Part shown: in pieces, positions 26,652-36,382 of the stretch
Layout: each line of letters starts with the position of its first letter
Position numbering within the stretch: position 1 is the first letter of the stretch
Origin: an uncultured Ignavibacteria bacterium
GTDB lineage: Bacteria; Bacteroidota; Ignavibacteria; Tepidaquicellales; OLB5
DNA: 64,000 nucleotides
Assembly (NCBI GenBank): GCA_963816535.1
Contig: CAWFKW010000007.1
Coordinates: forward strand, 85,675 to 149,674
Direction: 5' to 3'
Translations under genes and position numbers: made by a program
Notes under the pieces: model-generated
Databases searched by the model: none
Told to the model about the DNA's origin: nothing
The model's input: the letters and a program-made list of their open reading frames with translations, nothing else

Positions 26652-28112
26652 ATGTATAATTCCCGGTTAGTGGAGCTTTTAAAAACTCTCTCGGTTTATG
26701 AGCTGAATCGATTTGAGAAATTTGTTGCGTCGCCTTTTTTCAACATGAATGAAGAAATAACCGCTTTATTCAGGATCCTGAAAAAGTACAGTCCTAACTA
26801 CGAACATAAAAACATATCGAAGGAGAAAGTTTTTAAGGCGATTTTTCCGGAACAAAAATATAACGATAAAAAACTAAGGTACCTTTCTTCCGGAGCGCTG
26901 AAGCTTGCAGTCGAATTCCTTGGGGAGTTAAATTACAGGCAGGACATATTCGGAACAAATATCTATTCCATCAAAGAATTAATTGAAAGAAAACAAATAA
27001 GGATCGCGGAAAAAAAAATTGCCGAAGCCGGGAAAAATCTGACCCCGACAAATTATCCCAACGAAGTATACTATTATAACAAACACTTGCTTAAAAGCCA
27101 GAGTAACTATCTGGCCCTTACTCAGAATAAGACCCTGAAACCTGATGATCTGGTGCAAGAGGGGGAAAACATTATTCTCTTACTATTCGTTGTTCTTATG
27201 CAAACGACTTATAACTTATCAATTATGGAGAACACTTATAATCTCAACAACCCGAATAATATTATTACCGACTTTCTCTCGTCTATTAATATCGACGAGT
27301 TTATACAAAAAGCATCATTATCGAAACAAAGCGCTACCAGGATATACGAGCTTTATCACAATATGATGCAGCTTAAACGGGAACCGCTGAAAGACGAGCC
27401 ATTTAAGAAACTAAAAGCTTCTTTGGAATATTACCTGGGCATACTGAACAAACAGGACCAGTATAATTTATTTATGGCTCTTGAATCATTTTGCGCGTAC
27501 CGGATATTAAAGGGGGGTTCGAACTTCAAAAAAGAAAAATTTGAGCTTTTAAAACAATCGCTCCGCTATAATATACTCTCTCCTTCTCAAAGCGGATTTT
27601 TCCCAACCGCTGATTTCAGGAATTTTGTTATAGAAGGCGTTGATGCAGGAGAGTTTGACTGGGCAGAAGAATTCGTTAAAAATTATATTCACAAGGTTGA
27701 TGCAAAACAAAAAGAAAATATATTGAATCTTAGTTATGCGACTATAAATTTCGGAAAGAAAAAATACGACATTGCAATTGATAATCTTTCACGGATAACG
27801 GCCGGCAATGTTTTTTTCAAGTATGACATTAAGAGCTTTATGCTGAAAATTTATTATGAAATGAACCTTATAGAACCTGCATATGAACTGATTGATACTT
27901 ACAGGCATTTTCTGAAAACAAATACATCCCTCTCGAAAAGAAGGAAAGATTCGGTTTTGAACTTCATAAGATTCACAAACCTGTTAATAAAAATTAAAAA
28001 CGGGGATAATTCAGTTAGTTACGATCAGTTAAAAAAAGATATTGCCGAAACAGGGTGGATAACGAACAAAGAATGGCTGCTTGAAAAGCTGGATGAGGCA
28101 TTTAAGCGGTGA
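26652..28112 (+). CDS. Hypothetical all-helical cytoplasmic protein, paralog family member P3
   Basis: 486 aa. Contains MYNSRLVELLKTLSVYELNRFEKFVASPFFNM, KKYSPNY, GEFDWAEEFVKNY and IDTYRHFLKTN. Homologous to P1 and P2. Confidence 0.8.
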   Translation: MYNSRLVELLKTLSVYELNRFEKFVASPFFNMNEEITALFRILKKYSPNYEHKNISKEKVFKAIFPEQKYNDKKLRYLSSGALKLAVEFLGELNYRQDIFGTNIYSIKELIERKQIRIAEKKIAEAGKNLTPTNYPNEVYYYNKHLLKSQSNYLALTQNKTLKPDDLVQEGENIILLLFVVLMQTTYNLSIMENTYNLNNPNNIITDFLSSINIDEFIQKASLSKQSATRIYELYHNMMQLKREPLKDEPFKKLKASLEYYLGILNKQDQYNLFMALESFCAYRILKGGSNFKKEKFELLKQSLRYNILSPSQSGFFPTADFRNFVIEGVDAGEFDWAEEFVKNYIHKVDAKQKENILNLSYATINFGKKKYDIAIDNLSRITAGNVFFKYDIKSFMLKIYYEMNLIEPAYELIDTYRHFLKTNTSLSKRRKDSVLNFIRFTNLLIKIKNGDNSVSYDQLKKDIAETGWITNKEWLLEKLDEAFKR

Positions 28113-28123
28113 ATGCGCCATAT

Positions 28124-28345
28124 TTATTTTGTCAGAACCATTTTTTTTGCTTCGTAAAAGTTTTCAGCAGACAACATGTACAAATATATTCCGCTGAAAT
28201 ATTTTGTTCCCTAAAAATCAGCTTCGTATGTTCCGGGCGCCAAAGGCTGATTTATGAGCGTTGTCATTTCACGGCCAAGTAAATCGTAAATTGCCAGATT
28301 TACTCCCTTTCCACCTGATTGCTGCGGGATATCGAACCGGATCTT
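28124..28345 (-). pseudogene. Orphan remnant of a T9SS C-terminal sorting domain
   Basis: The minus-strand translation is KIRFDIPQQSGGKGVNLAIYDLLGREMTTLINQPLAPGTYEADF*GTKYFSGIYLYMLSAENFYEAKKMVLTK*. It is bounded upstream by a stop, has an internal TAG where the intact CTDs here have W, and has no N-terminal body. Confidence 0.8.
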
Positions 28346-28464
28346 TTAATGAAAGGCTAAGCTTCAATCTTTCGTTTAGGTTATGGGAATGCCATTATTT
28401 CCGGAACTAATAAGCAAAAATTAAGTAAGTTTAATATAATTGATTATTATTTACTTTTGAGAAT

Positions 28465-30618
28465 ATGACTTTTTTAAATCCTGCAATACTTTGGGGCCTG
28501 CTTGCTGTATCGGTTCCTGTCATAATACACATATTCAACTTAAAAAGAACAAAAAAAATTGAGTTCTCAACCCTCATGTTCCTTAAGGAAATCCAGCAGT
28601 CAAAATACCGCAGAGTTAAGCTTAAACAGCTGCTCATACTTCTTTGCAGAATTGCATTTATAATATTTGCCGTGCTGGCTTTTTCACGTCCGTTTGAAAA
28701 GGGATATTTATTCTCAGGCAACAGTAAAGTACGAAACTCGGTATTGATGATCCTTGACGATTCCTTCAGTATGCTGAACCGCGAAGCGCAGAACAGCGAT
28801 TTTGAAATAGCAAAGAACAAACTTATCGAAACGCTTAAGATCTTCGACGAAAACGATGAAATTTATTTTTCGACTGTATCAGATATCTCCCGGCCGAACA
28901 GGACTTTTATTTTCACCGATATTAGCGCGCTAAAAGACACTATAAGGAATGCAAAAATCTCGGATGTAACAAGAGACGTGTATTCGACAATTTACTTTGC
29001 AAACAGGATACTTGAATCATCCTCAAATCCGGATAAAGAAATATTTCTTTTTACAGACGGCCAGAAGAGCTTTATTAATAACAATTCCACCGTCGTATCG
29101 CCGGTGAAAATACCGGAATTGACCAGGCTGAATATTATTCTCAGCGGGTACCGCAAGGGAGCAAATCTCTCGATCGATACGGTCAACGTGGTCTCAAAAA
29201 TATTCGAAAAGAATAAAGCGGTTAAGATAAAATGTACGGTTTCAAACCACAATACATTCAACGTATCTAACAAGAGCGTGATCATTAACGCCGGCCCTAA
29301 AAAATTCAACGATGAAAAAGTAATTGATATACCGGCAAACTCGTCTGTTGACGTAGAATTTTCATTTATCCCGGGCGCCAGCGGATTTGTAAACGGCTCG
29401 GTCGAACTGGCCGAAAAAGAAATCGCCGACGACGAGATACCAAACGATAACAGGCAATACTTTGCGTTCTATGTGCCCGGGAAAATAAAAACTCTGATGG
29501 CATGCGGATCAGAATCGGACCTTGCGTATATAAAACTGGCTCTTGCTTCATCGGAAGAAATGATGAAAGATTCATCAGGCTCAAAACCTGACTTTTACGA
29601 TATCGACCAGCTTATCGGCGGCGACCTTTCAAAAAAAGATCTCAGCGCATATAACTGCGTCATATTAGTCAATAAGGCGTCATTCACTGCGGAGGAGGCT
29701 TTAAAGCTGAAAGAATATCTTTACAACGGGGGCGGAATAGTGATATACCCGGGGCCTAACTCAAATATTGACGACTATAATAACGCGCTTTTCAAAGAGC
29801 TTGACATGCCGTATATAAATTCCCGGTTAACGCCGGCGGAAAATAACGGAACATATAAATTCGATGATGTGGATATCAGCCATCCGATATTTGACGGCAT
29901 CTTCACGCAAAAGACCGGCGCCAAAGAGAATATATTAAAAGATTCGCCTGAAATTAAATCAGGATTTGATATTTTAACCGGCGCAGCCTCAGAGCCAATA
30001 ATTACTTTAAGCGGCAACAAAAATTTCCTTGTGGAGTATTCGAGGGGTAAAGGAAAAGCTCTTTTGTTCGCGGTTCCGCCGGATATGTCAGCTTCAAATT
30101 ATCCCTCCAAGTCAATTTTCTCGCCCGTTACTGTACGCAGCATTCTGTACATTTCGCCGGTAAATCCGATCAAGCCTGCCATTACAGGGAAAGATTACTT
30201 TCTGGATTTTTCAGGGTTTGGGAAACTTGATACGGCGGCTGTTAACATAAGTTCTCTGCCGGGCGATAAGCCTGTGGGACAGATAAAGCTTAGCGACAAA
30301 AATGACCTCGTGAACCTGAAGTACTTTCTTAATTCAAACTCGAATTATAAGCTGTCCCGGAAGTCGAATGTTCTTTTTGAGCTGCCGTCTAACTTTAATA
30401 AGAATGAGAGCCTGCTGGATAAGTTTACCGCCAAAGAGATTACCGGAATTGTTAAATCGCAGCTGGAGCATGATGTAAATGTCGTTTCGCCTGAAAGCGC
30501 GTTAACAGCCTCAATACTTGAGCTCAGGACCGGCAAGGATATGTGGCAGTGGGCGCTTGTAATAGCACTGCTGTTTTTGGCGGCGGAATTTTTTATCGCC
30601 AGATCGATCAAGTCTTAA
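28465..30618 (+). CDS. BatA-domain (aerotolerance-operon-type N-terminal double-TM) protein
   Basis: 717 aa. The N-terminus MTFLNPAILWGLLAVSVPVIIHIFNLKR matches the BatA N-terminal double-transmembrane domain. Large extracytoplasmic region and a C-terminal TM helix (WALVIALLFLAAEFFIA). Confidence 0.75.
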   Translation: MTFLNPAILWGLLAVSVPVIIHIFNLKRTKKIEFSTLMFLKEIQQSKYRRVKLKQLLILLCRIAFIIFAVLAFSRPFEKGYLFSGNSKVRNSVLMILDDSFSMLNREAQNSDFEIAKNKLIETLKIFDENDEIYFSTVSDISRPNRTFIFTDISALKDTIRNAKISDVTRDVYSTIYFANRILESSSNPDKEIFLFTDGQKSFINNNSTVVSPVKIPELTRLNIILSGYRKGANLSIDTVNVVSKIFEKNKAVKIKCTVSNHNTFNVSNKSVIINAGPKKFNDEKVIDIPANSSVDVEFSFIPGASGFVNGSVELAEKEIADDEIPNDNRQYFAFYVPGKIKTLMACGSESDLAYIKLALASSEEMMKDSSGSKPDFYDIDQLIGGDLSKKDLSAYNCVILVNKASFTAEEALKLKEYLYNGGGIVIYPGPNSNIDDYNNALFKELDMPYINSRLTPAENNGTYKFDDVDISHPIFDGIFTQKTGAKENILKDSPEIKSGFDILTGAASEPIITLSGNKNFLVEYSRGKGKALLFAVPPDMSASNYPSKSIFSPVTVRSILYISPVNPIKPAITGKDYFLDFSGFGKLDTAAVNISSLPGDKPVGQIKLSDKNDLVNLKYFLNSNSNYKLSRKSNVLFELPSNFNKNESLLDKFTAKEITGIVKSQLEHDVNVVSPESALTASILELRTGKDMWQWALVIALLFLAAEFFIARSIKS

Positions 30619-30962
30619 TTATTGAATCATTCTGCACACTATTGCTTCAAAACAGAAAACACGCCATCAAATCATAGTTATTAAAGAGTTTATAAATGAA
30701 AATGCGATTCTGATTTGGACGAAAAGACACAGCAATTTTCTTCACTATCTATGCATTTAGCATCAGGCGCAGCAAACTATGAAACTCAATAAGCTTGAAG
30801 CATATCAAGAATCTTCACCTATCGATAGTGAAAAAGGCACAGACTAACAAGGAAGACAAATTATCAAATTTTCTATTTCTAATTCGTATTTTTTTAACTA
30901 TATTTAAATCCTTATAAATAAAGCGATTAACAGAAATTTTAACTTACCAGGAGATACTCAAA

Positions 30963-31826
30963 ATGAGAATGTTCTTAAAAATGGCGGCGGTGTTGTTATT
31001 TGCAGTTTCAGCTACATTATATATAAACGGATGCACCAGCGCTGAGCAAACTACCGCTAAGCTTGCTTTCCAGCAGGGAGATTACGCTAAGGCGGAAAAG
31101 GAATTTGAAATTGAAGTTATACAGAATCCGGCAAACGAAGAAGCCTGGTACTACCTGGGCGCTTCAAGAATTATGCTGAAAAAATACCCTGCAGCCGACT
31201 CGGCTTTCCAGCGTTACAGAAAACTCGGAAAGAACTCATACTCAGGCGAGATACTCGAAGCATGGACAAGCCGCTATAACACCGGGGCGGATAAGTTCGA
31301 AGCAGGGCAAAAGACAAAAGACACCGACGTTAAACTGAAGGATTTCCAGGATGCTATAGACGAATTCGAAGTATGCAAGATCATTCTTCCTGACAGCACG
31401 GTAGTGGACAAAATCATAAAAAGCATTGAGTCAAAGATGGCCGCGTTCACAGTTAACCCGATGATAGATAAAGGCGTCGCTTACGACTCGCTTGGCCAAT
31501 ATGAAGAAGCTTTAGGCCAGTATAACCAGGCTCTTCAAAAAGTGGATAAGGGCTCGGATATGTATGATGTAATTGCATATGACATAGCCGTATCAAATCT
31601 TAAATGGGGCGAAAAGCTGAGAAACGCAAATTCAGAAGACGCTGCTTATAAGGAAAAATATAAGGCGGCAATGCCTTATCTTGAGGATCTGACAAATTCA
31701 AAAGACGTTAAAACAAAAATAACGGCTTACGATCTGCTGGTGCAGGTATATGCTAATCTAGGTATGAACGATAAAGCTCTTGAGGCGATGAAAATAAGAG
31801 ACCAGCTAAAAGCCGAAAACAAATAA
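30963..31826 (+). CDS. TPR-like repeat lipoprotein
   Basis: 287 aa. Signal peptide plus lipobox (LYINGC). Helical repeats with the A..Y..A pattern (e.g. AWYYLGASRIMLKKYPAADSAFQRY). TAATG overlap with sppA. Confidence 0.7.
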   Translation: MRMFLKMAAVLLFAVSATLYINGCTSAEQTTAKLAFQQGDYAKAEKEFEIEVIQNPANEEAWYYLGASRIMLKKYPAADSAFQRYRKLGKNSYSGEILEAWTSRYNTGADKFEAGQKTKDTDVKLKDFQDAIDEFEVCKIILPDSTVVDKIIKSIESKMAAFTVNPMIDKGVAYDSLGQYEEALGQYNQALQKVDKGSDMYDVIAYDIAVSNLKWGEKLRNANSEDAAYKEKYKAAMPYLEDLTNSKDVKTKITAYDLLVQVYANLGMNDKALEAMKIRDQLKAENK

Positions 31827-32761
31827 TGGCGGACGCTATGGCACAGAAGACCGGTTCATCAGGAACCAAATGGTTTTGGGGAATTTTCCTCAGCCTTGTT
31901 TTTTTGGGGTTGGTTTTTCTGGGTGTTTGTTTCCTTGTTCTCACAACGGCGCTAAAGCTTGATAGAGGCGTTTATACTTCATCCGGCTCAGGCGACAAGA
32001 TAGCGATAGTTGAAATAAACGACGTTATCATATCCTCCGAAAAGACCGTAGAAGAGATAAAAAAATTCAGGGAAGATAAGTCTATAAAGGCTATTATCAT
32101 CCGGATGAACACTCCGGGCGGCGGCGTTGCTGCTTCCCAGGAAATATACGATGAAGTGCGAAAGACGCGCGAGAGCGGTAAGATTATAGTTGTTTCGATG
32201 GGCTCGATAGCGGCAAGCGGCGGTTATTACATTTCGATGGGGGCTAATTTAATAGTCGCTAATCCCGGCACATTGACCGGAAGCATCGGAGTAATCGCAG
32301 AATTTATCAGCATTAAGGACCTTGCAGAAAAGCTTGGAATAAATCAAACCGTTATAAAAAGCGGCGAGCTAAAAGATGCGGGCAATCCTTTTCGCGATAT
32401 GAATGAAAAGGACAAAGCATATTTCCAGGATGTGGTGGATAACAGTTTCGGGCAGTTCCTTGACGTGGTTGCGAAGGAAAGAAAAATTAACAAAGACACG
32501 TTGATGCAATATGCCAACGGCAGGGTTTTCACCGGGCTGCAGGCGCAGAAGATAGGGCTGATAGATTCTCTCGGCACATTTGAGGATGCTGTGAGAATAA
32601 CGGCCAGGCTTGCAGGAATAGAAGGCGAACCGCGCCTTGTGAGAGAAAGAAAGAAGTTTTCGTTCTTCCAGTCGCTGCTTGGCGGTACGGTGGAAGATGT
32701 AACTGCAATAAAGCAGAAGCTTTTTGAAGAGCCGATCTTGCAGTACAAGTTCACTCCGTAA
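31826..32761 (+). CDS. sppA: Signal peptide peptidase SppA (36K type)
   Basis: 311 aa. N-terminal TM anchor. ClpP/crotonase-fold motifs NTPGGGVAASQEIY, SMGSIAASGGYYIS, GSIGV. Confidence 0.9.
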   Translation: MADAMAQKTGSSGTKWFWGIFLSLVFLGLVFLGVCFLVLTTALKLDRGVYTSSGSGDKIAIVEINDVIISSEKTVEEIKKFREDKSIKAIIIRMNTPGGGVAASQEIYDEVRKTRESGKIIVVSMGSIAASGGYYISMGANLIVANPGTLTGSIGVIAEFISIKDLAEKLGINQTVIKSGELKDAGNPFRDMNEKDKAYFQDVVDNSFGQFLDVVAKERKINKDTLMQYANGRVFTGLQAQKIGLIDSLGTFEDAVRITARLAGIEGEPRLVRERKKFSFFQSLLGGTVEDVTAIKQKLFEEPILQYKFTP

Positions 32762-32841
32762 AAGGGCGGAGGATCTGAGTTTATACGCTGAGAGAATTCA
32801 TCATCCAAGAGGTATTATTACCAATTAACAAAACATAAGGT

Positions 32842-33129
32842 ATGACCAGAGCAGATATAGCAAACAAGATTGCTACAGCTACAGGCTTGAGCAAAGTCGA
32901 AACAGAAACAGTAGTAGAGGGTTTCATACTGTGCGTAATTGACGCGCTAAAACAGGGAGAAAGCATCGAGATAAGGGGTTTCGGAACGTTTAAGGTGAAG
33001 GAACGCAAGCCAAGGATCGCGCGCAACCCGAAAACAGGAGCCAAAGTGGAGCTGGGCAAGAGGTTTGTACCAATGTTTAAGGTATCAAAGGAATTCAAGA
33101 AGACTGTTAATGACAGCTTGGTTAAGTAA
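32842..33129 (+). CDS. HU/IHF-family DNA-binding protein
   Basis: 95 aa. Contains ..IEIRGFGTFKVKERKPRIARNPKTGAKVEL..RFVPMFK.., the classical HU/IHF arm. Confidence 0.93.
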   Translation: MTRADIANKIATATGLSKVETETVVEGFILCVIDALKQGESIEIRGFGTFKVKERKPRIARNPKTGAKVELGKRFVPMFKVSKEFKKTVNDSLVK

Positions 33130-33133
33130 ATAA

Positions 33134-33190
33134 CAGAAGGCAGAAAGCACAATGCAGAAGGCAGAAAGCTGAAGGCAAAAAAGCAGACAG
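33134..33190. repeat. Word-stutter repeat (cagaaggcagaaagc x2 plus degenerate copies)
   Basis: Copies at 33134-33148 and 33155-33169. The related word ggcagaaagcagaaag occurs in inverse orientation at ~17850-17875. Confidence 0.8.
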
Positions 33191-33212
33191 CATAACAAAT
33201 TTACAACTATCT

Positions 33213-33287
33213 TAGCTCCGTTAGGAGCGACATATTTACAGGAAGATTTAAGAAGAAACAGTAGCTCTGTTAGGAGCGACATAATAG
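33213..33287. repeat. Two copies of the 'agctccgttaggagcgacata' hairpin repeat
   Basis: tagctccgttaggagcgacatatttacagg at 33213-33242 and tagctctgttaggagcgacataatag at 33262-33287. Same family as 992-1062. Confidence 0.85.
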
Positions 33288-33347
33288 ATTCCCGCCTTCG
33301 CGGGGATTTTAGAACAAAATTAATAATCTAAAATTTAAAGGAGAGAA

Positions 33348-33443
33348 ATGCCGAGCGGAAAAAAGAGAAAACGCCATAAAATGGCAACCCACAAGAGGAA
33401 GAAAAGACTGAGAAAGAATCGTCACAAAAAAAGAATAAGGTAG
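33348..33443 (+). CDS. bS22-type small basic ribosomal protein (31 aa)
   Basis: Not in the ORF track because it is under 60 aa. The ATG at 33348 is preceded by aaaggagag. Translation: MPSGKKRKRHKMATHKRKKRLRKNRHKKRIR*. From memory this matches the Bacteroidota/Actinobacteria bS22 peptide (..KKRKRHKMA.HKRKKRLR..). Confidence 0.75.
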   Translation: MPSGKKRKRHKMATHKRKKRLRKNRHKKRIR

Positions 33444-33662
33444 ATTAAGTTAAATGGTTAATTGAGTTAACTAAGTTAATTAGGTTAATTAAAACAAAAA
33501 TATCTTTCCAACAATTTTGAGTAATTTTGAAGTTGAAAATCCCGTGATATTGTTCGCAACAAATCATTAACCGGGTTTTCAACTTCTCATATTATAGGAA
33601 TAGCGTCACAGCCGAAAATAATTAATCTTATTTCAGGAACACTATTAAGAGATTAATAAAAA

Positions 33663-34055
33663 ATGAATGATGATTTTCCAAAACTAGAAGACTTAGAAAC
33701 CTGGAAACGGTGCACGGATCTAAGGAACAGGATCAGGAAGTTTACCAAAACCTTACCTTCAGAAGAAAAATTTCGACTTACAGATCAAATATTAAGAGCG
33801 TCACGTTCGATCACAAACAATATTGCCGAAGGCTACGGTCGTTTTCATTACCAGGAGAACATTCAATTCTTAAGGCAAAGCAGGGGTTCTTTGTATGAAT
33901 GCATAGACCATTTGCATGTATCACTTGATGAAAATTATTTAACTCAGGAAGGTTTTGATTCGCTCTACAGAGATTGCCTTGACTGCCTGAAATTAATAAA
34001 TGGGTATATAAAATATTTAATCAACCGAAAGACAAAAGAGCTGCATTCAAAGTAA
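33663..34055 (+). CDS. Four-helix-bundle protein (23S rRNA intervening-sequence protein family)
   Basis: 130 aa. Contains ..QILRASRSITNNIAEGYGRFHYQENIQFLRQSRGSLYE.., the family signature. Confidence 0.88.
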   Translation: MNDDFPKLEDLETWKRCTDLRNRIRKFTKTLPSEEKFRLTDQILRASRSITNNIAEGYGRFHYQENIQFLRQSRGSLYECIDHLHVSLDENYLTQEGFDSLYRDCLDCLKLINGYIKYLINRKTKELHSK

Positions 34056-34110
34056 ACCGCTCAGCCCAGAGTAACCTATTTAACCTAATTAACTTATTTA
34101 ACTTAATTAA

Positions 34111-35583
34111 CTAACGCCTGACTTGATAGTTCGGCGCTTCCTTCGTCACCATAACATCATGAGGATGAGATTCTTTCAATCCCGCGTTTGTTATCTCGAT
34201 GAACTTGGCATTTGCCTGCAGCTTGGCAATTGTCTCGCAGCCGCAATAGCCCATGGCTGATTTAAGTCCGCCCACCATTTGATATATCACATCCGCCAGA
34301 GGCCCTTTATAAGGCACCCTGCCCTCGATGCCCTCGGGCACAAGCTTGGATAGCTCCTCTTCAGGATCCTGGAAGTACCTGTCGCCGCTTCCGGCTTTCA
34401 TGGCTTCAAGCGAGCCCATGCCGCGGTACATTTTAAAGCTGCGTCCCTCGTAAAGGACCTTCTCGCCCGGTGATTCTTCCGTGCCGGCAAGCAAGCCGCC
34501 TATCATAACGCTATCAGCGCCCGCCGCAATCGCTTTGGGTATATCTCCTGTTTGCTTTATACCGCCATCGGAAATAATTGGTATATTATATTTTCTTGCC
34601 GCCTCGACCGCATTGAACACAGCCGTGATCTGCGGCATTCCAACGCCTGCAACAATACGCGTTGTGCAAATTGAACCTGCGCCAATCCCGACTTTCACCG
34701 CATCAACTCCCGCCTTAATAAGCTCCAGCGTGCCTTCGGCGGTTGCTACGTTTCCGGCGATCAGCTCAATATCAAATTTCTTTTTGATGAGCTTCACCAT
34801 TTCGATTACGCCTTGTGAGTGTCCGTGCGCGGTATCAACCACTATCACATCAACGCTTGCTTTAACAAGGGCTTTCACCCTGTCGAGCGTATCGTGAGTC
34901 ACGCCTACTCCCGCGCCGCATAACAGTCTGCCGTAGCTATCTTTAGCCGCCAGCGGGTGCTTTTTACGTTTAATAATATCTTTAAACGTAATCAGCCCTT
35001 TTATCTTTCCGTTTTTATCCACTACCGGAAGCTTTTCGACCTTGTACTTTTGCAGGATTTTTTCCGCCTGCAGTAGCGTTGTGCCCACGGGGGCAGTGAT
35101 GAGGTTTTCCGTGGTCATGAGCTTTTGCACTTTGATCTTTGGATTCGGCTCAAATCGCAGGTCGCGGTTGGTTAAGATGCCAATCAGCTCGTTTTTATCA
35201 TTCACTATCGGGAAACCGGAGATCTGGTAGCGTTCCATCAGCCGGTTAGCCTCGCCTACGGTTTGGTCGGCTTTAAGCGTGATGGGGTCCTGTATCATTC
35301 CGCTCTCGCTGCGTTTTACGCGGTCGACTTCCGACGCCTGTTTTTCTATCGACATATTTTTATGCAGTATGCCGATGCCGCCCTCGCGCGCCATAGCTAT
35401 AGCAAGCTCAGATTCCGTGACGGTATCCATAGCGGCCGATAGAATAGGAATGTTGAGATTAATGTTGCGTGTTAGACGTGTGGAAACATTTACGTCCCTT
35501 GGTAAGACCTTTGATTTTGCCGGGACCAGCAAAATATCATCAAAGGTTATTGCTTTTTCGATGATTTTACTTTTATGTGCCAT
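34111..35583 (-). CDS. guaB: IMP dehydrogenase
   Basis: 490 aa. Catalytic loop [14 protein letters not shown] pair, and ..[17 protein letters not shown].., ..YRGMGS... Confidence 0.97.
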   Translation of the reverse strand: MAHKSKIIEKAITFDDILLVPAKSKVLPRDVNVSTRLTRNINLNIPILSAAMDTVTESELAIAMAREGGIGILHKNMSIEKQASEVDRVKRSESGMIQDPITLKADQTVGEANRLMERYQISGFPIVNDKNELIGILTNRDLRFEPNPKIKVQKLMTTENLITAPVGTTLLQAEKILQKYKVEKLPVVDKNGKIKGLITFKDIIKRKKHPLAAKDSYGRLLCGAGVGVTHDTLDRVKALVKASVDVIVVDTAHGHSQGVIEMVKLIKKKFDIELIAGNVATAEGTLELIKAGVDAVKVGIGAGSICTTRIVAGVGMPQITAVFNAVEAARKYNIPIISDGGIKQTGDIPKAIAAGADSVMIGGLLAGTEESPGEKVLYEGRSFKMYRGMGSLEAMKAGSGDRYFQDPEEELSKLVPEGIEGRVPYKGPLADVIYQMVGGLKSAMGYCGCETIAKLQANAKFIEITNAGLKESHPHDVMVTKEAPNYQVRR

Positions 35584-35742
35584 AGCAAATATAGCAAAAA
35601 AGTTTTTAATTTAAAAATACCAAGAAAGAGTAGGGTAAAAAACTTTGCCACTAAGACACAAAAACACAAAGAAAATATTAAATAACAAATAGTAAATAAT
35701 AAAAGAAAATTAACCGCAAAGTTGGAAGAAGCGGAAACCCGT

Positions 35743-36378
35743 TTAACCGACTACTGGTTGACTAGAGTTTTCTTTCTTGTAACTCTTTTTTTTCTGCTTA
35801 ATAAATTTATTAATATTATGTAGCCGTGAAAAATCATAAAGAAGTGATTTTCTCATTTTGATATGAAATTCTGTTAAATAATGGAAATGATTAACTCCTT
35901 TTTCGTTTAATTTTGTGTCGGTTAGGGAATAATCAACATTTTTAATAAGAAAATTAGCAAATTCTCTTATATTCTGGACTATGTCTTCATTTAACCATGT
36001 TATTTTTTCCTGTATCTCAATGAGTTCATTTATGAAATTCTTAAATTTTTCAGCAGATTCGTACATTCGATAAAATTTATATTCACCTTGTCCACGGTAT
36101 AGATATGTTCTAAAATGATTCAAAAACTTATCTAGTGTGTTATATGAATCAAGCCTTTTGTTGTATAAAGCCTTATAATATTCATCTATATAAGTTTTTC
36201 TGTGTAAAAACCATGATAGAAATAACGAGAAAACTGAAGAAAATGTAATTGCAATAATAATAAGTACATTTGTGTCAACTAATTTAAAACCATACCAAAA
36301 ACCATGTTGTGTGTTTAATACTTTGATACTATCTATAAGTATATAGTTCGCTTGGATCAATGAATCTTGATTAATCAT
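35743..36378 (-). CDS. Hypothetical membrane-anchored protein, partner of the PHP-ATPase
   Basis: 211 aa. One N-terminal TM helix (VLIIIAITFSSVFSLFLSWFL), then a helical K/N/Y-rich soluble domain. Starts 4 nt after the stop of the 1020-aa gene. Very AT-rich. No recognisable family. Confidence 0.65.
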   Translation of the reverse strand: MINQDSLIQANYILIDSIKVLNTQHGFWYGFKLVDTNVLIIIAITFSSVFSLFLSWFLHRKTYIDEYYKALYNKRLDSYNTLDKFLNHFRTYLYRGQGEYKFYRMYESAEKFKNFINELIEIQEKITWLNEDIVQNIREFANFLIKNVDYSLTDTKLNEKGVNHFHYLTEFHIKMRKSLLYDFSRLHNINKFIKQKKKSYKKENSSQPVVG

Positions 36379-36382
36379 ATAT

